A DNA stretch of 61,300 nucleotides, counting the filler, from Fonticula-like sp. SCN 57-25 (lineage: Eukaryota), in the NCBI GenBank assembly GCA_001724245.1. It is 2 parts of 2 records of this genome, joined end to end, with 100 filler letters (N's around TTAATTAATTAA, not from the genome) between each part and the next. Parts side by side here need not be neighbours in the genome. Positions count along the whole stretch, not along the records: positions 31,214 to 61,300 come from MEDX01000047.1; 1 more part is not named here. One strand, written 5' to 3'. Below the pieces are notes generated by a model, which was given only the letters and a program-made list of their open reading frames with translations, made no database searches and had not been told where the DNA came from. Below are positions 48,201-58,514 of the stretch, piece by piece (position 1 is the first letter of the stretch; every line of letters starts with the position of its first letter). The position numbers and the translations under genes were made by a program.

Positions 48201-49514
48201 GCGCGCGAAACGCACAAGTGTGAGAGGCGATTTCGGATGTTCGTACACTTTTGGCGTGCGCTGCGGACGACCGCGCGCGACATTCACAAAGTGATATTCA
48301 TTCCTGAGCACTTCGTAGCTTGTCAGAATAATGTCGGCGTCGCGAAGTTCGGCGACTGATAAGGGGCAAACGCCGCGGCGGATGCCGTCGTAGACGAGCA
48401 CGGAGAGTGTCGGCGCATTCGATTGGAGCTCGGATTGCCATTGGTGCATGATGGTCGCGGGGGCGATAATCAGTGTCGTATGAACGTTTTCCAGTGCGTC
48501 TTCAGCGCCTTTTTCCACCAAAAGATTATCCTTTTGGGCTTGTTCAATACACTCTTGGCGGCGCGCGAGAATAAGCGCAATAATCTCGACTGTCTTGCCG
48601 AGCCCCATTTCTTCAGCGAGAATGCCGCCGCGCACGGGCGTGAAAATGTCCACAGGCGGGTCGCGCGACGCGCACACGCGGGTCAGCATGCGGTCGACCC
48701 ACACTCGGCCGTCGGTGCCGGGCACGGCTTGCCATGCGCTCGTAACAATTGGCGGCGCTTCGCCGCGCTCGCGCTGCAGCATCCAGGCGACGGCGCGCCG
48801 CTGAAAGGGTAAAAGTTCGCACTCGAGGCCGGCGGGATCGACGAGCGCGGCGCCTTCGGAAGACATGTCGGAGAGGGGGCGCTCTAGAGCGGTGTTTTCG
48901 TCTTCGGTGCACATGTCGTCGGTGATTTCAACGGTGTTCAGCGAGGGGTGAAGATCGAGGGCGATGCGGTAGAGCGATGGCGATGGGCAGTGCGCGGCAT
49001 CGAGATGGAAAGAGAGCGTAAAGGCAAAGCGCAGCGGCGACTCGATCAGGAGAGAGGCAGAGATCCGAAGGGAGGAAGCGGGTGACTTGTGGATCTCGGT
49101 GAGGGATCGCCACACGCCGCCCCCGGGGAGGCGGCGGGATGCGACTAGGGCGCCAGAAGCGGGATCGACGAGATCAAGAAAGCCGGCGCCGATGCGGCCA
49201 GAGAGGCTGATGGTGTGGCCCTTGTTGGAGGAGGCGCTGCCAAAACGGATGTGCGCGACATCGCGGACAACGCCGATGCAGCAGAGCGAGGCATCATCGA
49301 CAGGTGGGGGGGCGTCGGCCGGACGGAATGCTGACAGGTCGCCGATGCGGCCCAAGCTCGACGAATGGAGCGACACGGACGACTCGTCGGGAGGAGGGCA
49401 TTTCTCGCACGACGAAATGGCCGCGTCGCAAATGCTCCAGTCGTGGTACCCGGGCAAGGGCGGTCCGCGCCGTGGTCGCTCGGCGGCGTCATCGCGCGGC
49501 CGCTTGGGTGGCAT
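45242..49514 (-). CDS. SHPRH/Irc20-like SNF2 helicase with RING E3 ligase domain; 1 intron near 47935-47993
   Basis: LLPFQRRAVAWM, RGGILAEEMGLGKT, LDEAQM, RWAVTGTP, LRQACCHPQL, YYRQLQRLSD, RING CVVC..CGHAFC..C..CPVC, LVFSQW, GLTLVGA, QAVGRVHRIGQ. Confidence 0.9.
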
Positions 49515-49785
49515 CGTGCGCGTCGTGTGTGGTGGCGCCAAAATATACTCTGCCCCTCGAGTGCAAACTGCAATGTAAATCAGACCTCGTGTGTGATTGG
49601 CCAATCAATTCTTTTCGTCTCTTTCGCTCCGCGCAAGACTATGAGATTGCAATGATCGAATAGAGAGCAAAAACGCAGTTGAGACGATTTCCGGAAAATC
49701 CTCATGCGGTCTTTGCCGCTTTCAAGTTCTCTTTCTCACTCTCTTTCGTTCGCCCGGAATCCTCGTGTGACGGTCCGTTCCGACA

Positions 49786-50175
49786 ATGCAGAACGCTGAA
49801 GGCAAGGTTGTTGACACCTACATCCCGCGCAAGTGGTGCGCCATTGCCCCGCCGCTCCCTTTTTTTTGCCCGTCGTCTAACTTTGCTGCAGCCTCGCCAC
49901 TGGCCGCATCATCAATGCCGATGACAACGCCTCGGTGCAGATCAACATTGGTGAGGTCGATGCCACCGGCCGCTACACCGGCGCCTTCAAGGCCTACGCC
50001 ATCTCGGGCTTTGTGCGCTCGCTCGGTGAGTCGGACGACTCGCTGAACCGCCTCGCCACCGAGGACGGCTTCCTCAAGAAGTACGCCTTTTTTTTTCCCG
50101 CTTTTTCCTCTTTTTCCTCGGATGCTAACCGCGCCACTTTCTTTCAACAGCGTCTGGAGCTACCAGGGTAAGTAA
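49786..50175 (+). CDS. RPS21: 40S ribosomal protein S21 (eS21); 2 introns
   Basis: [52 protein letters not shown]. Confidence 0.96.
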
Positions 50176-50424
50176 ATGGTGGGGTTGCTGTTATGTTTTT
50201 TGTCTCCTTTGAAAGGGATTATTAGCATGCTTCAATAACATCGTCTGTATCCTTACTTTTTGGACACTTTTTTCCCGGCCTTTTTTTGGGTTTGTTCATT
50301 CTCAATTATGCATTATTGAAAGGAGAGGGAAAAGAAAAGAGCGCGCGTCCATGAAAAGTAAGAGCGCGTCCGCTTAGCGGCTAGAAAAAAAGACATCGTA
50401 AGTACCATCCCCACAAAATAAGGG

Positions 50425-50956
50425 TCAAATGTACCGCAAAAGCGCCTTGATGTCGGGATCCTCGGCGGCATCAATGTAGGACTGGCCATCGGGGGTCTTG
50501 CCCTTGGGGTCTACCACGCGCGCCGCCGCGTTAGAAAGCGACGCCAAGAGGAACATGAGCGCTGCGAGGGCGTACCGGCACCGGCGGACAGGAGGAACTC
50601 GACGGCAGCCTTGTGGCCCTCCCATACGGCGGCAAGGAGGGGCGTGATGCCGTGCTTGTCAGTGGCCTTTTCCAATAGCAAATAAGCAAAATATAACCAT
50701 AAATGAACACTTCGTACGTTCATGTTGGCGCCCTGCGCCTTGAGCGCCTTGAGAATAGCGACGTGGTTGTAGTCGGCGGCGACGTGAGCGAGGGTGCGGC
50801 CGGCCTCGTTGGTCACGTTGACGTTCTGGCCCGACTTCTTCAGCGCCTAATTATATTGACAGGTAAGCCTTCTGGTGAATATAAGCAAAAATGGACACGC
50901 ACCTCCATAAGATCGTCGACATCGCCGCTCTTTGCGACCCACCAAATGTCCGTCAT
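50425..50956 (-). CDS. MTPN: Myotrophin (V-1)-like ankyrin-repeat protein; 3 introns
   Basis: MTDIWWVAKSGDVD..GRTLAHVAADY..DKHGITPLLAAVWEGH..DPKGKTPDG..IKALL. Confidence 0.85.
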
Positions 50957-51120
50957 GCTGCCTTACCCGTCGATGCCGATACGGAAACAATCAACACCGG
51001 AAAACGTCTCATGGGTTTTGCCAAAAAAAGCATTTTTCGCCATATTTGGACGAAATATTACCAAAAAAGGAGAGGGGATGAGACGATCCAGTCAGCAAAA
51101 AGGCTGAGAGTTGCGGCGAC

Positions 51121-54100
51121 ATGCGCAGGGGTCGTCTGCTCCAGGATCCCGAGCTGCTCGACCCTCTCTTGAGCAATCTAAACCCCGGCAAGCCCGACTA
51201 CAAGTACTGCGACTTTTCCGTCGATTCCAAACCATTATTGGAGCCTTCTCCTCCAGGAATGGGAGATGGAGCGCCCGATGAAACGAGCATTGTCCTCACC
51301 ATCGCGGACGCGCGCTTTTATCGTTACGCGATCCTGAACGAGATCCTTTTTTGGCTTCTCATTATCTGCACCGGCGGCCTCTACGGCCTCGTTGTCTACT
51401 GGCACCCCCTCGCGCAAACGAGCATTCGTTTCCGCCGCGTTTCCTCTGACAGTACCCGCGTTGACTGCGTGCTCGTCGAGGCACCCGACAAGAAGCGCAC
51501 ACTCTGCGAGATCGAGGCCGCAGATCCGCAGGATCCCGAGTCTGGATGGATCCCCCTTCACAAGGCGCGCCAGCTGCACGGCGCGCGCGCGCAGGATTTT
51601 CCGCGATCTTTCGAGTACCGCCATGCGCGCCTCTTTTTCTCGAGCGACACGCGCGACTGGACCCGCTACGACTTTGACTCTCGCCTCACCCCCTCTGCCC
51701 TTCACGCCCTCGCCGCCACGAGCGCCGTCGAGCGCGGCAAGAGCCCCGAAGCCGGCGCCCGCGGCCGCGTCGCCTTTGGCCGCAACGAGCTCAACATCCG
51801 CGTCCCGAGCATCTTTTACCTGATCCTCGCCCAGATCCTCCGCCCCTTTGTCTGCTTCCAGATCTTTTCGATCATCATCTGGTACATTCAAGAGTACACA
51901 CTTTTCGCGTCGCTCATCCTCGGCCTCACTCTGATCGCCGTCGTTCAAGCCGGCGTGTCCGACTGGCGCAGCCTCCACGCCCTCCAGCGCCTCGCCATGA
52001 CCGACGGCCGCGTCAAGCGCGCGCGCGTCGTCGCCGGCCGCATCTCGCTCGAGTCCGTCCCGGCATCCGACCTCGTGCCGGGTGACGTCATCGTCGTCCA
52101 ATCAGGCGCCGTTATGCACTGCGACGCGCTGCTGCTGTCGGGCGCGTGCATCGTGAGCGAGTCGATGCTCACGGGCGAGAGCGTCCCGGTCCTTAAATCG
52201 GCGCTGCCGATCGACCCCGACATTGAGGATCACGTGGATGTGACACGTGACAGAGACGCGCGTTTTGTGCTCTTTTCGGGCACGACGGTGCTGCAGGCCA
52301 AGCCGGCGACGGCGGCGCCCGAGGGCGTTCCGTCACGTGACTCTGAAGAATTGAGCACTTTGTGGCAGCTTCGCGACGAGCGCCAATCATTCCCCGTGCT
52401 CGCCGTCGTCGCGCGAACCGGTTTTTCAACCTCGCGCGGCCAACTTGTCCGCCTTATTCTCTTCCCCAAGCCGATGAAATTTGACTTTGAAAAGCAGTCG
52501 CTGCGTTTCATCTGGATTCTGATTGGCGGTCTCGTGCTCGGCGGCGCCGCCCAAATCGCCATCTATATTTCGTATGGCGAGTCGGCTTACGACACGATAC
52601 TTGACCTGCTGAATCTTGTTACCATTGCGGTGCCGCCTGCGCTCCCATTGGCGCTTTCCTTTGGCGTGGCGGCGTCGCTCTCACGACTGCGTCGCGCGGG
52701 AATTTTCTGCGCGATAAGCAACCGAATTTCCGCCGCCGGCCGCGTCAACCTTCTCGCCTTTGACAAGACCGGCACGCTCACCGAAGACGGCCTTTCTTTG
52801 AACGCAGTCCTGGCAACATCACGTGACGCGAGCGGCACCGTTGTTTTCGCGCCGCCCTCCAACGACGTTCCCGTCCTGCTTCGCCAGCTTGTCGGCGAAT
52901 CCGGCGACAGCCACATGGCCGACGTGCTTGTCGGCTGCCACTCGCTTTCCATGCTCGACGTTGACGCGGCATTCCACAACGACGACGACGATGACGCGCC
53001 ACTTTTGCAGCACGAAAATGGTGAAAATGACGCAGAAAAAGCGCCAAAAACGGCCGACGGCGGCGCCACGTCACTTGTCGGCGACCCGCTCGAACTTTCC
53101 ATGTTTGAAACATCCGGCTGGTCCATTGTGGTCCGCCCGCCGCCGTCGGCTTTCCCGCCAAGCGGCATCTGGGCGCACCCGCTCATGCCGCTCTCCGTCA
53201 CCGAAGCGGTCGTCCCGCCGCCGCCGACCGCCGAGCACATATACGACTGCGCCGCGCTCGCCGTCCTTAGGAGGTTTGACTTTGACCCCGAGCTGCGCCG
53301 CATGTCGACGCTCGTGCTGCGCCTCCCACGTGACGGCTCGACCGACGCACCGAAAGCACTTCTTTTGCTCAAAGGCGCGCCAGAATCGGTCAATGACCTT
53401 TGTGTACAGTCGACTGTCCCTGCCGACGTGGCGGCGCGGCTCGGCGAGCTCACACGCCGCGGCCTTCGCGTCCTTTCCTGCGGCTTTCGTATTATCGATT
53501 CCGCCGACGTGGCCACGTGCATGAAAAGCGCGCGCGGCGACGTCGAGCGCGGCCTCACCTTTGGCGGCCTTCTCGTCATGGAAAACCGACTCAAACCGAC
53601 CACCATCGACGCACTCTGCGGCTTTGCCGCCGCCGCGCTCCGCATTGTCATGGTAACGGGCGACAATGCGCTCACTGCCGTCGCCGTGGCAAAGCAATGC
53701 GGGCCAGTTTTTGTTAGGCCGTGGCGGCCGACATTGCTTGTTGATGTCGTGGCGGAGCGCGTCATTGTTGAATATGCGCCCGAAGACGGCGGCGCCGCTA
53801 TTAGTGTTTCGCTCGATGCGCTGCTGGCGGAAAGAGCGCCGGGGTCGCGCAGTATGATGGAAATGGCCAATCAGAGCGCGCCTGTTTCTGAATGGGCCAA
53901 TCAGGGCGTTGAAATGGGCAATTCCATGGAAAATGGCGCTGTTGCGGCGCAAAAAGAGGTCGTTCCCGCCACATTTCCCGCCGACTGCGACCTCGCCGTC
54001 ACAGGCCGCGCATTCAATGCCCTTCTTTCCAACCACGTGGCCATTGTTCGTGAGCGCGCGCTTTCGCCGCCGCCCACCAAGAGCATTCTCGAGCGCGGCG

Positions 54101-55594
54101 CCGCCTCTCTTTCGCCCTTTGAAGCCGTACTTTCCCGCGCAACTGTCTTTGCGCGAATGTCCCCGCAAGACAAGCAAGAACTTGTGCGCGCATTCCAAGA
54201 CATGAATTATGTAGTTTGCATGACTGGCGACGGCGCCAATGACAGCAATGCGCTGAAAACGGCCGACGTTGGCATTAGCATTGCAGCGCGCGAAGAGAAT
54301 TTGGCGGGAAAAAGTGGCGGGAAAAGCAGCTCGCTTGATGAGCAGGCTGTTGCTGCTGCGCCTTCGATTGCCGCGCCCTTTTCCACTCGCATGCACACGA
54401 TAGACGCCGTCCGAAAAGTCCTAGTTGAAGGCCGACAGGCACTCGTGACGTCATTTTCCCTCTTCAAATTCATGTTTGAATATGGCGTTATCCAATTCGT
54501 TACTGTCCTTATCGTGTACGCCTTTCTATTCGAATTGGCCGATAATCAGTACATATTTGAAGACATTGTACTTGTCTTTTCCATATGTACGGCAATTCCG
54601 CTATTGAAGGGGCTGCCAAAGGTGTCGAGGGGGAAGCCAGAGTGTAACTTGTTGGCGCCAAGTGTGCTGAGGAGTGTGATTGGCCACGTGGTTATTTTGA
54701 TTACGTTTCAGATTGGTCACGTGGTGTTTTTGGTGTCTCAGCCGTTTTATGCATCGCCAGACACTAAAGATCCAGGTACAAAGGAGGGAAGAAGAAGATA
54801 CGGAAAAGAGGCATATTGTAGTAAAGAGTAATTTTGCGTAATTTTATGTCATTTTGAACCAAAAAGTGTTCATTTTGTGTCATTTTGTGTCATTTTATGT
54901 CATTTTACGTCGTTTTGGCATGTATCATTTTTGGTCCATTTTTACCATTTTTACCCCATTTTTAACACTTTTTACCCCATTTTCATCATTTTTACCTCAT
55001 TTTTGTCACTTTTTCCTCACTTTCCTCACTTTTCCCTCCTTTCCTCTAGATTTCGATTCCCGCGTAACGATGCTCGCCTCCGCCTGCTTCCTCTTCTCCA
55101 ACTTTCAATTCATCTTTATCGCCCTCGCCTTTTGCCAATCATACAGCCTCTACCGCCAACCCATCTACCGCCACGTGGCCGTCACCCTTCTCTTCCTCTT
55201 TCTCTTCACTCTCTGCACACTTTTAATACTTGTCGAATGGCCCAACTTTGCCGACGCATTTAGCCTTATTTACCCGCCATTTTCCTTTCGAATTCGTGCT
55301 TACGTCATCGCCCTAATTAATGGCATCATTTTCATGCTATATGAACGTATATGTGTTCCTCACGAATCAGATGACGAAGAACCCGTAGGCGATATGAAAC
55401 GCCTATTGGGCGCAATTGAAGAATTTGGCGGGAAAAGAGGAGAAGAATTTGGCGGGAAAGAAGAGGAAAGGGTGTGGTTTGATAGGCAGTTGACGTTGTT
55501 GCCAAAGATGAGGGGTGGGGCGCCAGTGTATTATCAGATGCAGGTGTGTGCGGCGGTGGTTTGGTCGCCTGTTGTGGTGGCAGACAGAACATAA
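51121..55594 (+). CDS. P5B-type ATPase (ATP13A/Ypk9 polyamine transporter family); intron 54776-55049
   Basis: ESMLTGES, LFSGT, TGFSTSRGQLVR, VPPALP, FDKTGTLT, GDPLE, KGAPE, MVTGDN, FARMSPQDK, MTGDGANDS, EGRQALVTSF. Exact 3' end is uncertain. Confidence 0.92.
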
Positions 55595-55661
55595 GATATG
55601 AGGTAATATGGTGATATGGTCGCCTGTTGTTGTGGCAGACAGAACATGAGGTAATATGGTG
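55563..55661 (+). repeat. About 55-bp tandem duplication spanning the P5B ATPase stop codon
   Basis: GGTCGCCTGTTGT(G/T)GTGGCAGACAGAACAT...GAGGTAATATGGTGA occurs twice. Confidence 0.85.
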
Positions 55662-55784
55662 AGTTATATGGAAGGGTTATATATGATATATATGATATAT
55701 TGTACAGTGAAGGGTAGTTTATATAATAATATATGGATACAGTAATGATAGAATGATGAAAATGACATAAAATGACATAAAAGA

Positions 55785-56170
55785 CAGAGATTGATACAGT
55801 ATTGACTGAATTATACTGTATTGAAAATGATACAGTATTGACTGTACAGTATTGATACTGTATTGATGATGATACAGTCATATTGACTCATGTTGATATC
55901 AATACACCATTGACAATGGACACAGTATTGGCACTCATGATACAGTACTACATAGCCATATTGACACTGTATTGATACTGTATATACACACTTGATACCA
56001 TATTGCTACAGTATGGACACTGTACAGTATTGACACTGTATTGACACTGTATTATGAACATTGTACTGTATTGATATCCGTACTGTATACACTCTTGATA
56101 CTGTATACACTCTTGATACAGTATACACTCTTCATACAGTATGGACACTCTTAACACAGTATTGAATAGA
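55785..56170. repeat. Degenerate minisatellite built from TACAGTA/TACTGTA/ATTGA units
   Basis: Repeated gatacagtattgac / acactgtattga / tatacactcttgata between the convergent P5B and AKR genes. Confidence 0.75.
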
Positions 56171-56278
56171 CACTTTTTATTAACTTTTCCTTCTTTCTTC
56201 ACAATTTCTTTCATTTTTCTTCATTTTTCTCCTCTTTTCTTCCGATTTCACTCATTTTTCTCCACTTTTCCTTCTTTT

Positions 56279-57945
56279 TCACTCATCAAAACACCCCGAA
56301 TTCCAGAAATCCGGCACATACCTCTTCTCCACACCCAAACTACTAATCTTTTCCATATCCTCCCTATCAATATCAAAATCCAACATTGAATTCTCTTTTA
56401 GTCTTTCCACTTTAACCGTCTTTGGAATCACACTCGTCCCCCTTTCAATTCCCCACTTTAGCACCACCTGAGCCACACTCTTCCCCACCTTTCCCGCCAC
56501 TTTTTTCACCTCTTCATCCTCCAACAAACATGGCTTGCTTCCACCACTGCCCAATGGTGAATATGCAGTCACGTGGATATCACGTGACTGACAGAATGAA
56601 ACCAAAGCGTGTTGGGGAAGGTAGGGGTGCAGTTCGATTTGGTTGACTGCGATGGGGATGCGGGTGAGGGGGATGAGGGGGGTGAGGTGGAGGGGGGAGA
56701 AGTTGGAGACGCCAATGTGGCGGACAAGCTTGTCATCAACTAGTTTCTGGAAGAAAAGAGTGAGAAAAGTGAGAAAAAGTGGAGAAAAGGGGGAAAGAGT
56801 GAAGAAAAGTGGGTAAAAGTGAAGAAAAGTGAAGAAAATAGAGAAAAATGAAAATGACAAAAAGTGACACAAAATGACACAAAATGACACAAAATGACAC
56901 AAAATTGTGCTAATTTGACGTAAAATGGCACCAAATGACACAAAACAGAAATTGATGCAATGTCAATGTGAATGACACTACTACTACTACTACTACTACT
57001 ATCACTTTCATTACCGTATCGTTACCGTAATGTTACCGTAATGTTACACTCTTTCCTTCTTACTACTATCATACACTACTACCCATACACTTCTCACTAC
57101 TACTACTACTACTACTACTACATGTTCCACTACACATACACTGTCCATTACACTTTCATTACACTTTTTTCATTACCGTAACGATACCGTAATGATACAC
57201 TTTTCCTCTTTCACTTTCCCTTTCTTTCCCTTCGTACCTCGAGCTCTCTCCAAGTGTCGATGAGCGGAACATCCTCCACCTTGCTTGTCCCCGGCACCAA
57301 TGCCACTGGCCAGTGGATCAGGTACAGATCCAGGTACTCGAGCTGCAGGTCCTTGAGGGTCTTGAGGAGAGCGGGGCGGACGCGATCGGGGCGATGATCG
57401 GCGTTCCAGAGCTTGCTCGTGATGAAGAAATCGGCGCGATGGGGGGTGACGAGATCGTGGAAGACGGGGCCAATCTCGGCTTCATTGCCATCTTGAGAAA
57501 GAAGGGTGGAAGAAGGGGAAAAGGTGAGAAAAGTGACAAAAAAGAGGTGAAAAAAGAGGAAAAACGAGTAAAAAGTGTAAAAAAGTGATGATTTTGTGCC
57601 TGATTGCATCCTGACATTCATGCAATGATGATGCTCAGACATCATCGAGCACATGCCACGTAAATGTGCTTGTGATCCCTTCACTTGATGCTCATCTCAC
57701 TTTTCTTTCCTTTCCTTTTCTTTCCTCCCCATCTTCCCTCAATCCCCACCTTCATCCCTTCCTTCCCGATCATCCCCTGACGTACAGACGGCGGCACAGT
57801 CAATGTGACGGTATCCCATGTTGATCGCGCTTCGAACGACATCCGCGACGCTCTCCTTCTCAGACTTCCACGTGCCGAGGCCAAAGAGGGGGATGCTCGC
57901 GCCAGTGTGCAGGCGGCCCATGGCAGACAGTGTGCGCGACGACAT
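56279..57945 (-). CDS. Aldo-keto reductase (AKR1A-like); introns 56747-57237 and 57492-57785
   Basis: [76 protein letters not shown]. Confidence 0.93.
56848..56945 (-). repeat. Tandem decamer (GTGTCATTTT)n in AKR intron
   Basis: aaaatgacac repeated on the + strand. Confidence 0.85.
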
Positions 57946-58514
57946 GATGACGAATGGGGCAGAGGGAGAAGAGAGAATGAAAACAAAGAAAAGTGGGTTA
58001 GTGGTGTATCTAACAAATATGGGACTAACCCTGATTTGTTTCTTGATTGGAGGAAAAACAAGAGGAAAATCACAGGGAAATCAGAGGAAAATCAACTTGA
58101 CATTAACACAGAGATGACGCAAAAGTGAATGTTGTATTTAATACTACAACACAAGCTGCTTAAACAGTGCACAATAAGCACATAAATTTCATTTTTCTCA
58201 CTCTTTCCAGCATCCACACCTCATTGCATTCAACCCCAGACTCCACCCCAGATTCTTATTCTTTTGTTCATGATTGTCGTACACAGCATCAAATGAGCAG
58301 GTGTACATCATAGATACGTATACAATAGATACATGTATAAGATACTTGTACTGTACATACAATATCTACTTGCCTATATGATACTTTATGTCTCTTTTTT
58401 CCCTCTTTTCCTCTCATTTACATGTACTTTTAATTTTCTCTCTCTTTATTGATCTCTTTTTCTCTACTATTTCTCTCTTTTCTACTTTCCACTTTCTCTC
58501 TTTCTTCTCTTCCT

